From positions 1 through 47,077 of the forward strand of contig CAYQOZ010000002.1 of the NCBI GenBank assembly GCA_964419355.1: a stretch of 47,077 nucleotides of DNA, given 5' to 3'. The position numbers and the translations under genes were made by a program. Position 1 is the first letter of the stretch. Each line of letters begins with the position of its first letter. The DNA is from an uncultured Candidatus Cloacimonadota bacterium. GTDB lineage: Bacteria; Cloacimonadota; Cloacimonadia; Cloacimonadales; TCS61. Below the pieces are notes generated by a model. It was not told the origin of the DNA and made no database searches. It saw only the letters and a list, made by a program, of their open reading frames with translations. Below are positions 1 through 9,811 of this stretch, piece by piece.

Positions 1-722
1 AATATATGGTTGGAACAGTGGCAGAACTTCCATATTTAGAAGGATTTTATGCTGCGTCTGGAGATATATCATTCCCAGATCAAGAGGTAGAAGTTGGTCA
101 ATTGGTAGAAATTCCGATTAATGTAGCAGATCCAACTAACATTTATTCGTTTGAAAGTATGATTAGTTTCGATACAGAATTCCTTACATTTGAAGGGATT
201 GATTGGTCATTCTCAGAAGATATGTTCACATTTAAAGAGGTAAATGACGAAGTGAATGGTGAAATCAAAATTGCTGCTGCTGATTCTCAAAACCTTATCT
301 TGGATGGTGAAGAATTTGCAATTGTGAAATTTACTGTTCATAATGAAATTCCAGAAAATGGCATTAATGTAACATTAATCAATCGTTGGAATGACGAAAT
401 TTCCACATCAAATGTGGCTAATTTAGATGAGCCTATTAGCAACGATGATTCTGATATTCCTAATGTTACTGCTTTGAATGGTAACTATCCAAATCCATTC
501 AGAGGAATTACTACGATTAATTTCTCATTGAAAGATGGTGTGAGTGAAGGAATTATCGAAATCTTCAACCTAAAAGGACAACTTATGAAAGAATTCACCA
601 TCAACAATAACGAGACAAAAGTTGAATGGGATGCGTCTGAACAAGCATCAGGAATTTATTTCTACAAGATGAAAGCAGGTGGAAGATATACCTCTACCAA
701 AAAGATGATTCTGCTAAAATAA
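1..722 (+). CDS. T9SS-sorted secreted protein, 5'-truncated by the window edge (cohesin-like beta-sandwich region plus Por/T9SS C-terminal sorting domain)
   Basis: The reading frame is open to the window start and the first Met has no signal peptide. The C-terminal ~80 aa (NYPNPFRGITTINFSL...ASGIYFYKMKAGGRYTSTKKMILLK) fits the Por_Secre_tail pattern. A hairpin terminator follows directly. Confidence 0.8.
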   Translation, partial: YMVGTVAELPYLEGFYAASGDISFPDQEVEVGQLVEIPINVADPTNIYSFESMISFDTEFLTFEGIDWSFSEDMFTFKEVNDEVNGEIKIAAADSQNLILDGEEFAIVKFTVHNEIPENGINVTLINRWNDEISTSNVANLDEPISNDDSDIPNVTALNGNYPNPFRGITTINFSLKDGVSEGIIEIFNLKGQLMKEFTINNNETKVEWDASEQASGIYFYKMKAGGRYTSTKKMILLK

Positions 723-737
723 GCAAAATGTAAACAA

Positions 738-766
738 CAAAAACCCCGAGAAATCGGGGTTTTTGT
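738..766. terminator. Bidirectional rho-independent terminator between convergent genes
   Basis: CCCCGA (744-749), loop GAAA, TCGGGG (754-759). An A-run lies upstream and a T-run downstream, so it reads as a terminator on both strands. Confidence 0.8.
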
Positions 767-3111
767 TATTTTAAATTGTTATCAATAAATTCCAAATCTG
801 TAAGATAAGTTCTAAAATAAGCACTTTCTCCATCTGTTGTAATTTGCAAAGCACCATCTTTTCCAGCAATGAACAAGTGATCTCCTAAAAAATGAAAACG
901 TTCTAAAGTTTGTTTGTGTGGAAAACGAAATCGATTATTTAATGAAGTTGGAATGAAAGCATAATCTGGTGTAACGGAATCTATAAATGAAATTGAGCTG
1001 GAAGTTTTGCTACCGTGATGACCGATTTTCAAAACATCAGTATTAAGAAATTCGGGATATTTTTTAATTAAATATTTTTCGCCATCCTCCTCCAAATCTC
1101 CAGTGAAAAGAACGGAAAAATTTTTAAAATCTAAGCGAGCAACAATTGAGAGATTATTGAAATTTGGATGTTCGTAATTTTTATCAGGATGTAAAATTTT
1201 AAATTTCATATCCTGCATTTCAAAATGGGTTGTATCGCAAATTGTGACTAATTTACACATTTCTTTTTTTATTAAAGGTTGCAGAGTTTTCCAAATTTTT
1301 CTGGTTTGAAATTCATCAGTAACAACAAAATTTTTTACATTCAAATTTTTCAGAATAAATTTCACTCCTCCATAATGATCGTTATGAGCGTGAGTTATAA
1401 TCAGCCAATCCAGTGTTTTAATCCCATTTTTTTGCAGATATGGCAGAGCATTATTTTCAAAACTGTTTTGTGGACCAGTATCAATTAAGATAATTTTGTC
1501 ATTTGGAGTTTCGATAAGAAAAATATCTCCAATTGAACCTGTATCGAAAAAAATGAGTTTTAATTTTCCATTATCTGCAGGTATCAAAAAGAAAAAGGAG
1601 ACCACAAGAATAAAGGAAATAGTGTATCTCCAGAATATTCTAATTTCCAATTTTTTCCAAAAACTCAGCAAAATTAGTAATAAATAAAAAATTAATAATT
1701 GTATAAAATTGACTGAAATAAAATTAAATTTCAGTGGTGCACTTGCAGAAAACAAAGTCCATTTCTCGAATATTAGCATCAAAAAATGGAAAGTTGCTCC
1801 ATAAATTGAAACTAAAAAAAATGGCAAAAATATTATCAAGATTGCCAAAGGTAAAATTATAGAAATTAAGGGAATGGCAATGATGTTTCCCAAAATTCCA
1901 TTCAAATTGAATTGATTGAAATAGTAGAGAGTTAATGGCGATAAAAAAATATTTAAAATTAGCGAAGTAAACATCAAAACGAGAATACCGTTTAAAATTT
2001 TTCTGCCGAAATTCATCATCGAAATATCCTCTTTTGATAACTTAATGAATTTGGATTTTGGTAGAATATTCAGAAGTACAAAAACGGCGATGAATGACAT
2101 TTGCAGCCCAATTGAAAAAAGTTGTTTTGGATTGAAAAGTGTGATGAAAAATAGACTCAAAAGTAAAATATTATTTGTATTTGGTTTTCGTTGCAGTAAT
2201 TTTGAGAGCAGAAATAGGCTAATCATAATAGAAGCACGAGTTACAGAAGGTGACCACGAGCAAATCGCCGCATAGAAAAGCAGGAAGAAAATCAAGATGA
2301 TTTTAGCAAAATCTTTATTAAAAATGAAGATATTCAGAAGGGTTAATACGATTAATGAAATGATGCCAATATGCAAGCCACTAACTGCTAAAATGTGGCT
2401 TAAACCGGCACTATTTAAATTTTTTCGCCATGAACCTTGTTCACTTTTATCACCAATTACAATCGCTTTTATGAAACCGCTGTATTTACCAAATCGTTCA
2501 TCAATTCTTTTTCGCAAAAACTTTCTAACATAAATTACAGATTGATAAAAAAAACTGGAAGAATTTCCAACTTTTTTTATAATTGTTTTGGAATAACCAC
2601 AAGCGTAAATATTTTTTACAGCTAAAAATTCTTCATAATCGAACGAAGATGGATTTGAATTTTTTTGGATTTTGCGGATTTTGGCAACTGTTTGGATTTT
2701 ATCGCCATATTTCAAACTGTCCTGAAATGTGGAGAATTTTATTTTTCCAATAACAGGAAAATTTTTTATAGAAATCAATTCTAAAATAAATGTATAATTC
2801 GAATTATTTTTTGTAACTTCAGATATAATCCTTCCTTCGATAGGTTGCAGGAAACTTTGTTTTTTCATAATGATATTTTTGATATGATTGTGCGGAAATT
2901 TTGGATTGCTATAAAATAATCCGAGCAGAAATATCAGAATAAAAATTGTGGGTAATTTGAACTTTCTGAAGAGAGCGAAAAATAAAAAAACAGCAAATAA
3001 AATAACGAATATTGAAAATGATAATTTTATAAATTGTGCCGAGATAAGGCCGATTATCCAGCAAATAATTGGAATAGTTAAAGGTAATTTGAAGGTAGAA
3101 ATTTCCTTCAT
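766..3111 (-). CDS. comEC: DNA internalization-related competence protein ComEC/Rec2
   Basis: 781 aa with many TM helices in the N-terminal and central part. The C-terminal metallo-beta-lactamase domain has an HAHNDHYGG motif and later GHHGS. Confidence 0.85.
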   Translation of the reverse strand: MKEISTFKLPLTIPIICWIIGLISAQFIKLSFSIFVILFAVFLFFALFRKFKLPTIFILIFLLGLFYSNPKFPHNHIKNIIMKKQSFLQPIEGRIISEVTKNNSNYTFILELISIKNFPVIGKIKFSTFQDSLKYGDKIQTVAKIRKIQKNSNPSSFDYEEFLAVKNIYACGYSKTIIKKVGNSSSFFYQSVIYVRKFLRKRIDERFGKYSGFIKAIVIGDKSEQGSWRKNLNSAGLSHILAVSGLHIGIISLIVLTLLNIFIFNKDFAKIILIFFLLFYAAICSWSPSVTRASIMISLFLLSKLLQRKPNTNNILLLSLFFITLFNPKQLFSIGLQMSFIAVFVLLNILPKSKFIKLSKEDISMMNFGRKILNGILVLMFTSLILNIFLSPLTLYYFNQFNLNGILGNIIAIPLISIILPLAILIIFLPFFLVSIYGATFHFLMLIFEKWTLFSASAPLKFNFISVNFIQLLIFYLLLILLSFWKKLEIRIFWRYTISFILVVSFFFLIPADNGKLKLIFFDTGSIGDIFLIETPNDKIILIDTGPQNSFENNALPYLQKNGIKTLDWLIITHAHNDHYGGVKFILKNLNVKNFVVTDEFQTRKIWKTLQPLIKKEMCKLVTICDTTHFEMQDMKFKILHPDKNYEHPNFNNLSIVARLDFKNFSVLFTGDLEEDGEKYLIKKYPEFLNTDVLKIGHHGSKTSSSISFIDSVTPDYAFIPTSLNNRFRFPHKQTLERFHFLGDHLFIAGKDGALQITTDGESAYFRTYLTDLEFIDNNLK

Positions 3112-3126
3112 AATCTTTCTGTTATT

Positions 3127-4284
3127 TTAAAAGGTAATAAATTTTTTATAGTCTTGTTTTGTCTTTTTATAAAATTTCTGATTTGTATAAATAATCTCTT
3201 CAATTGTCGGCGAAATGCTATTTGTAGCGTTGCTAACAATTTTTTTGACAATCGTAAATATGTCGAGAAACTCAATTTTTCCATCAATAAAAAGCTGAAC
3301 GCTTGCTTCATTAACTGCATTTAAAATTGTGGGTAATATTCCACCCTTTTTGCCAATTTCATAAGCAAAGAAAAAAAGCGGATATCTATCTTTTTGAACT
3401 TCTTCGAAAGTAAGTGCAGGAAGCTCCAGAATATTTGTTTTGGAAATATTAGATTTAATGTGTTTTGGATGAGTAAGTGCGTATAAAATTGGAATTTTCA
3501 TTGTAGGAAAACTCATTTGAGAAATTATTGAATTATCTGCAAATTCAACAAAAGAGTGGATGATAGATTGTGGATGAATTACAGTTTTTATTTTGGGGAA
3601 ATTTATTCCAAATAACCAATGAGCTTCAATCACTTCTAAAGCTTTATTCATCATTGTGGCACTGTCGATTGTAATTTTTGCTCCCATTTTCCAAGTGGGA
3701 TGTTTCAGGGTTTGCTTGAGTGTAATATCTTTGAATTTATTCAAAGGTAATCTTCTGAATGGACCACCAGAAGCGGTGAGAATAATTGATTTTATTTCCT
3801 CAATACAAGAGTTCCCCAAAGCTTGCAGAATGGCACTGTGTTCGCTATCAACGGGAAATACATTTGCTTTGGAGTTGGATGTTTTATCCATCAAAATATG
3901 ACCAGCCATCACAAGCGATTCTTTATTTGCCAAAGCCAAATCTATCTCATTTGAGATTGTGGTTACAGAAGAGCGCAATCCAGCAGAACCAGAAATGGCA
4001 TTAATCACGACATCGCAATTCAGAGAGTTCAATATTTTTTGTAATTCATCTTCTCCAAAATAGAGGTGCAAATTTTTGGGAATGTCATCTACAAGATTTT
4101 TTAGTTCTAAATTTGTGATGCAAGCAGTTGAAATTTTGAATTCCTCACAATATTTTAAAAGTGTTTTAAAATTATTGTGAGCAGTTGCAAAAACTATCTG
4201 GAATTGGTTAGAATGTTCCCTAATAACTTCAACAGCAGAAGTTCCAATCGAGCCGGTTATTCCTAAAATTGCAATTTTTTTCAT
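3127..4284 (-). CDS. dxr: 1-deoxy-D-xylulose-5-phosphate reductoisomerase
   Basis: 385 aa. N-terminal NADPH motif ILGITGSIGTSA, LANKESLV, and PVDSEHSAILQAL, all typical of Dxr. Confidence 0.95.
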   Translation of the reverse strand: MKKIAILGITGSIGTSAVEVIREHSNQFQIVFATAHNNFKTLLKYCEEFKISTACITNLELKNLVDDIPKNLHLYFGEDELQKILNSLNCDVVINAISGSAGLRSSVTTISNEIDLALANKESLVMAGHILMDKTSNSKANVFPVDSEHSAILQALGNSCIEEIKSIILTASGGPFRRLPLNKFKDITLKQTLKHPTWKMGAKITIDSATMMNKALEVIEAHWLFGINFPKIKTVIHPQSIIHSFVEFADNSIISQMSFPTMKIPILYALTHPKHIKSNISKTNILELPALTFEEVQKDRYPLFFFAYEIGKKGGILPTILNAVNEASVQLFIDGKIEFLDIFTIVKKIVSNATNSISPTIEEIIYTNQKFYKKTKQDYKKFITF

Positions 4285-5216
4285 AAAGAATAACCAATTG
4301 AAATTCTCTGAGAATTTTCTAATTCGGGGTTGTGCTCAAATGAATAATTTATTTTCCAGTTATTCCAATCGAAAGATAAACCGGTGGTGAAGTTATTAAT
4401 ATTGTATCCTGCAAAAATTTCAAGATTGGGATAAATTTGCAAAGCAGTGCCAAGATGAAAATCTACATTGAAAATATTTAACGATAATTTTGAATCTCGA
4501 TTTTCGCCATAAAACTCTGTTCGCAAAAATAATTTTGTATTTTTTTTAATTATCGGAAAAGAAAAATCACGCCGAATTTCTGCGTCAAATGAAGGGTTTA
4601 CGAACTCGTGAGTTCCAGTTGACCAGAAAATTTGGGTTGTAAAAAAATCTCGCAATTTCAAAGCTAAAAAAATCTTTTCATTCCAATTAAAAATAGTCGA
4701 AATATCTGCACCAAAACCATAACCAGATTCTTCTGCCAAATTTTTATAAACAAATTTTGAGGTAAATCCAATTATATAATTTGATAACTTTCGAGAAAAA
4801 CCAAAATAAGCTACGATGTCAGAATTATTGATAGATTTGTATTTGTAGGGTCGATTTTCATAGCTAACTTCAATAGTATCTTCGGGGATTTTTGTTAGCG
4901 GAATGTTGTCAATTCCGATGCGAGTGATACAAATAGAGAATTTTTCATTCTTTCCCAAAACAGCGGAAAAAGTATCAAAATTTAATAATCCAGAATATTC
5001 TTCAGCGTGCATCAGCTCAAATTTATTGGTAGAAATTTGGGTGAGTAAAGAGGAATTCCAATAGGCAGGTGCGAAAGTTTCGCTATCCGTCAAACCGCAT
5101 CCGCCCAAGGCGGTGTTGCGCACGCTAATATTCATGTTGAATATTTCACCAGCATATTTTACAGCCATTAAATTTGCTGTAATTAGCATTACTATCACCA
5201 AGATATTTTTTTTCAT
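4281..5216 (-). CDS. Outer-membrane beta-barrel protein (FadL/PorV-like N-terminal motif); family uncertain
   Basis: Signal peptide MKKNILVIVMLITANLMA. The motif SVRNTALGGCGLTD...APAYWNSSLL resembles the ARxxxMGGAGxA...NPAxL motif of FadL/PorV-type barrels. Alternating beta-strand pattern and aromatic-rich C-terminus. The stop overlaps the dxr start by 4 nt. Confidence 0.5.
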   Translation of the reverse strand: MKKNILVIVMLITANLMAVKYAGEIFNMNISVRNTALGGCGLTDSETFAPAYWNSSLLTQISTNKFELMHAEEYSGLLNFDTFSAVLGKNEKFSICITRIGIDNIPLTKIPEDTIEVSYENRPYKYKSINNSDIVAYFGFSRKLSNYIIGFTSKFVYKNLAEESGYGFGADISTIFNWNEKIFLALKLRDFFTTQIFWSTGTHEFVNPSFDAEIRRDFSFPIIKKNTKLFLRTEFYGENRDSKLSLNIFNVDFHLGTALQIYPNLEIFAGYNINNFTTGLSFDWNNWKINYSFEHNPELENSQRISIGYSL

Positions 5217-5226
5217 ATTTTATTAC

Positions 5227-7392
5227 CTAAAGCAACTTTACAAATGAACCCATAATTTTCTTCAAATTTCCACCGGAAAATGAAATTGTCAATTTAGCAT
5301 TTTCATCTTTTCCAACAACATTCAAAATTACACCGTTTCCAAATTTAGAATGGGATATTTTTTGTCCAACCTTAAAATGCTTTTCATTTTCTGAAGTAAC
5401 TTTGAGATTAGAAGAACGAGTCTTAATTTTTCTTGGTGAACGAATTTCATAGAAATTATTTGCATTATTTTGGGTAAGTAAATTATCATCTATTTCCATC
5501 AAAAATCTGCTGGGAAATGCCGAAATTATTGTATTAAAAGTTCGACGCATACTCACATAACTGAGATAAACTTTTTCTTTGGCTCGTGTGATGGCGACAT
5601 ACAAAAGTCGCCTCTCTTCTTCCAACTGTTTTTCATTTTCAATAGACCTAGAATGGGGAATTAATCCATCTTCGATGCCCACAACAAAAACATATTCAAA
5701 TTCCAAACCTTTGGCGTTATGCATTGTCATTAGTTTTACAGACGCTTCGTCTTTATTGTAATCATCAAGATCAGTTTGCAAAGATATATTTTGCAGATAA
5801 TCTGTCAAAAGTGGTTCTTCTCCTGTTTCTTGAAAATAATTTTCGGAAAATTCTTTGGTAGCTGCTACAAATTCTTCGATATTTTCCAACTTTGAAATAT
5901 CTTGCGGGTCGTTGCTGTCGTAAAGATTTTTCATATCAAGGGTTTTAATTATATGTTGCACTAACTTTGTGATTGGTTTATCATAAGTTTGGAATTTTCT
6001 AAAAATTTCAGCAAAATTTTCAACTTTTTTGGCAGAATTTCCCAAATGTTTCAGCAAGTCATCATTAAGAACAGCCTGCAAAATATTCATCTCATTATCA
6101 ATTGCAAAACTTGTAAGTTTCTGAATTGTAACTTTTCCAATTCCTCTTGATGGGAAATTTATTATTCGCAAAAGACTATCGGAATCGTGAGGATTGTTCA
6201 AAATTTTGAGATAAGCTAAAATGTCTTTAATCTCTTTGCGCTGGTAAAAATTTACTCCGCCAATAATCTGATATTTTATGCGATTTCTGGTAAAAGCATT
6301 TTCAAAAACACGCGATTGAGCATTGGTTCGATACAAAATTACAACTTCGTTGTAGCTTATATTTTTATTTTTTTTCAATTCCGAAATCATGGCAATAACG
6401 GCATTTGCCTCACTTCTTTCGTTATCAAGTTTCATCAATTCGGGTTTATTATTTGATTTTATTTGTGTCCAAAGTTTTTTTGGATGTCGCGAACTATTTC
6501 TTTTTATCAAGCTATTTGCAACATCCAAAATAGTTTGAGGGGATCGGTAATTTTGTTCCAATTTAACAGTGAGAACATTTTTGTAATCTTTTTCAAAATT
6601 GAGAATATTACGAATATCTGCTCCACGCCAGCTATAAATTGCCTGATCATCATCTCCCACCACGCAGAGATTTTGGTGCTTTTGAGCAATCAAATTCACG
6701 ATTTTGAATTGAGCATAATTTGTATCTTGATATTCATCAATCATCACATATTTAAAAATCGATTGGTATTTTTTTCTGATTTCGTCATTATTGTGGAGTA
6801 AAATAGCAGTATACATCAACATATCATCGAAATCCATTGCATTATTTTTCAACAAGATATTTTGGTATTCTCGATAAATTTTATGAACAATTTGCGTAGA
6901 ATAATTCTCATCGTTGAAATTAAAAAAATCTTTTGGCAAAATTAACGAATTTTTTTGTTTACTGATTATTGAGGCAACTTTTCTTAATGGGAATTTATCT
7001 TTATCAATATCGAATTTTTTATAGATTTTTTTCAAAACAGATTGTTGATCAACTTGGTCATAAATTGTAAAATTTGATGAGTGCGGAATATAGTGGTTTT
7101 CTCTACGAAGAATTTTACCGCAAATAGAGTGAAACGTGCCAACCCAAAGATGCTGTGCATTAATGCCAAATTTTTTCAGTAATCTCTCTTTTAGTTCTCC
7201 GGCTGCTTTATTGGTGAAAGTTACGACCAAAATATTGAAAGGACTTACTTTCTTAACATTTATCAGGTAACCAGTGCGGAAAATAACACAACGCGTTTTT
7301 CCGCTACCTGCACCGGCAAGAACTAAAAGCGGTCCATCAGTGTGTTTAACTACTTTTTGTTGTTGAGGATTTAGCATATCTTCAACATTCAT
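5227..7392 (-). CDS. pcrA: ATP-dependent DNA helicase, UvrD/PcrA/Rep family (SF1)
   Basis: 721 aa. Walker A GAGSGKT, IDEYQDTN, VGDDDQAIYSWRGA, TMHNAKGLEF and YVAITRAK helicase motifs. Confidence 0.93.
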   Translation of the reverse strand: MNVEDMLNPQQQKVVKHTDGPLLVLAGAGSGKTRCVIFRTGYLINVKKVSPFNILVVTFTNKAAGELKERLLKKFGINAQHLWVGTFHSICGKILRRENHYIPHSSNFTIYDQVDQQSVLKKIYKKFDIDKDKFPLRKVASIISKQKNSLILPKDFFNFNDENYSTQIVHKIYREYQNILLKNNAMDFDDMLMYTAILLHNNDEIRKKYQSIFKYVMIDEYQDTNYAQFKIVNLIAQKHQNLCVVGDDDQAIYSWRGADIRNILNFEKDYKNVLTVKLEQNYRSPQTILDVANSLIKRNSSRHPKKLWTQIKSNNKPELMKLDNERSEANAVIAMISELKKNKNISYNEVVILYRTNAQSRVFENAFTRNRIKYQIIGGVNFYQRKEIKDILAYLKILNNPHDSDSLLRIINFPSRGIGKVTIQKLTSFAIDNEMNILQAVLNDDLLKHLGNSAKKVENFAEIFRKFQTYDKPITKLVQHIIKTLDMKNLYDSNDPQDISKLENIEEFVAATKEFSENYFQETGEEPLLTDYLQNISLQTDLDDYNKDEASVKLMTMHNAKGLEFEYVFVVGIEDGLIPHSRSIENEKQLEEERRLLYVAITRAKEKVYLSYVSMRRTFNTIISAFPSRFLMEIDDNLLTQNNANNFYEIRSPRKIKTRSSNLKVTSENEKHFKVGQKISHSKFGNGVILNVVGKDENAKLTISFSGGNLKKIMGSFVKLL

Positions 7393-7401
7393 TTGTTACT
7401 C

Positions 7402-7788
7402 TTACCAAGTTTTTGCGTCAGAACGATAGCCTTCTAATGTATCTTGATCAGCAATTATTTTGAAAGCAGATATTTTATACCAATAGCGATTTTCTGAAAG
7501 ATTTTCAGGAATATCATCATAATTGTTTATGGAAATAGAAGGAATAGTTCCAATTTTGAGAAAATAACCGAATGTGTTTTCTGAACGATAAATGAAATAA
7601 CCACCATTTTGATAAGAAAGTGTATCCCATTCTATTTTAACATAACTATCTCCAATCTTTGTAATATCTATATTATAAATTCTGGAAGGAGTTTCGATGC
7701 CCGTTAAATCAGGATCGACAGGATTATTTTTTTTTAAAGAACATGAAATTACTGTAACTATGATTAAAATTAATATCAAATATTTCAT
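7402..7788 (-). CDS. Small lipoprotein with a fibronectin-type-III-like domain
   Basis: Lipobox-type signal (LILIIVTVISC). The pattern VKIEWD...YFIYRS...YWYKISAF is typical of FN3 beta-sandwiches. Confidence 0.55.
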   Translation of the reverse strand: MKYLILILIIVTVISCSLKKNNPVDPDLTGIETPSRIYNIDITKIGDSYVKIEWDTLSYQNGGYFIYRSENTFGYFLKIGTIPSISINNYDDIPENLSENRYWYKISAFKIIADQDTLEGYRSDAKTW

Positions 7789-7791
7789 AAT

Positions 7792-8370
7792 TTAAAACCT
7801 CCAGGTAATTCCAGTTGGTGAAACTTGCAATTTTCTATCTTTTTTTTCCATAATTATTTTTTGCCAAATTTCTGCGTTGTAATCATTAGTAGATGCGATT
7901 GTATCATAAATTGAGTAGAGCCAAGTGGTTAAAGCAAGTCCAAAAAATATTTTTGAATATCTATATTGAGTGCTAGCATCATTGTAATATTGTTTAATAT
8001 CCACAATATAATTGGCAGTTTGATACTTATGATAATACTCCTTCGAGCGGTCATAAAAATAATAGCTTGTGCTCAAAAGCACTATTTCCGAACCCACTAA
8101 AATCAAACCTTTTGTTGCTTGATTTGCTTCTAAATGTCCCCAACCTGGGAAAACTGCAGATTTAAGCATATTTTCAGTATAACTTGATTTTTTCAAATGA
8201 TAAATTTGCAGTAGTTTTTGTCTTTCATCTCTTTCCTTTCGAGCTTCAAGTTGCTCTTCATGATTTTTCCAACCATATTTATTTGGAATGTAATCTTTTT
8301 TTACATCTAATTCTTCTGCATAAATTAGCATAAATGAGAGTAAGATAATTAACGATAATATTTTTCGCAT
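7792..8370 (-). CDS. Exported/membrane protein of unknown function (DUF5683-like PGWGH motif)
   Basis: Signal peptide. The central segment SAVFPGWGHLEANQATKGLILVGSEIVLL resembles the xPGxGQ membrane motif of DUF5683-type proteins. The ORF ends in F. Confidence 0.45.
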   Translation of the reverse strand: MRKILSLIILLSFMLIYAEELDVKKDYIPNKYGWKNHEEQLEARKERDERQKLLQIYHLKKSSYTENMLKSAVFPGWGHLEANQATKGLILVGSEIVLLSTSYYFYDRSKEYYHKYQTANYIVDIKQYYNDASTQYRYSKIFFGLALTTWLYSIYDTIASTNDYNAEIWQKIIMEKKDRKLQVSPTGITWRF

Positions 8371-8377
8371 TTCATAC

Positions 8378-9793
8378 CTATATTTCAGACATAAGTTTAT
8401 CGGAGATTTTATTTGCAGGGGTTATTTCCATAGTTTTCACATTGACTTTCCAAGCAAAATAATAGCTTTTTTGGGGAGCTATAATATCATAACGTACTTC
8501 ATAATTATATTCTCCAACAGCAAATGCAACTTTCCAACCCGAAGAGGAGACAAGCTTATTTCCATATTCAATTTTACTTTCTTCAAATAATAAAATAATT
8601 CGATCACTTAATGTGCCATTTTTGTAATTTACAATAATATTCTGAGCAAATAATTTTGGGTTTTTAGCTGAATTTATCACATTTTTCATCAGAAATATTT
8701 TGTGTTTTACCTCTTTTGTAGGGAAATGTTCATTAGCTTTTGTATAATAATTCAAAGCTTTTTGAAATTCTTTTTTATCTTCAAATTCAATACCTTTTTG
8801 CTTAAAAGTTATTCCAAGTTTATAATTTTTTTGAAATTCATCAGCATTTAAAATTGCATCATCAGCATTTTTATATTCAGGAATCATAAGAAAACATTTC
8901 CGATATTCATCTTTTGCTATCTTGAATTTATAATTGTCAATTAATTTATCACCGAGGGCAATTAAATTTTGGCAATTTGTTTGTAGCTTGTTCTCTACAA
9001 ACGGTTGTTTTTCCGGAGTATAAACCAAAATACTATCACAAAAAAATCTTACCTTTTCATACTCTTTGTTCTCAAATGCTTCATCTGCTTTCAGTAAATA
9101 AATATCGCTGATTTCAGCCAAAATGGTTTTGTTTTGTTTTGTAGGATATTGTTCTAATTTTGAGAGTAATTGCAAAGCTTGACCGTATTTTTTAGAATTT
9201 TTAAAATTCACAGCAATGTTAATATATTTTGGCAAAAATTTATCAATCTTAGGTTGGATTTTTTTTGTTAATTTATGCTTCGGAAAAAGTGACCACAAAG
9301 TATGATAATCATGAAATGCCAGCTCTTCTTTGTCCATTTCAAAATAGATATTAATTCGATGGTATAAAATTTCAGGAGTAAATTCCGAATTGAGAAGATA
9401 GGATGTAACGTAGTTATAATATTCCAAAGTTTTATCAACATTGTTCTCAAAATTTTTCTGGGCTAATTCAAAGTAGCATTCGTCGAGATATTTATCTGCA
9501 GAATTGGAATTTGCCAGAAAGAAAAGATGTGAAGCAAATAGCCAATCTTTCTTTTTGAACGCTTCTAATCCCAAATGATAATAGGCATTTGAACGCTCTA
9601 CTCTAATTTGCGTTGCCAAAGCTCTATCGGGATTTTTTTCCAACAATTCATCATATAATTGGATAGCAGATTCATATTTTTTTTTCAAGTGAAAATTTGA
9701 AGCTTTTTTGTATTTCATATTCTCGGAGCAACCAATTAGAAACAAAGCAAATGCGAAATAAATTATTCGATTTTTCTTTATTAATAACGTCAT
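8378..9793 (-). CDS. TPR-repeat lipoprotein
   Basis: 471 aa with a lipobox (LFLIGCS). Repeated 34-aa-like helical units carry A/Y/L signatures, for example KKYESAIQLYDELLEKNPD and EFQKALNYYTKANEHFP. Confidence 0.6.
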   Translation of the reverse strand: MTLLIKKNRIIYFAFALFLIGCSENMKYKKASNFHLKKKYESAIQLYDELLEKNPDRALATQIRVERSNAYYHLGLEAFKKKDWLFASHLFFLANSNSADKYLDECYFELAQKNFENNVDKTLEYYNYVTSYLLNSEFTPEILYHRINIYFEMDKEELAFHDYHTLWSLFPKHKLTKKIQPKIDKFLPKYINIAVNFKNSKKYGQALQLLSKLEQYPTKQNKTILAEISDIYLLKADEAFENKEYEKVRFFCDSILVYTPEKQPFVENKLQTNCQNLIALGDKLIDNYKFKIAKDEYRKCFLMIPEYKNADDAILNADEFQKNYKLGITFKQKGIEFEDKKEFQKALNYYTKANEHFPTKEVKHKIFLMKNVINSAKNPKLFAQNIIVNYKNGTLSDRIILLFEESKIEYGNKLVSSSGWKVAFAVGEYNYEVRYDIIAPQKSYYFAWKVNVKTMEITPANKISDKLMSEI

Positions 9794-9811
9794 ATTTTTC
9801 TTTCAACCTTT

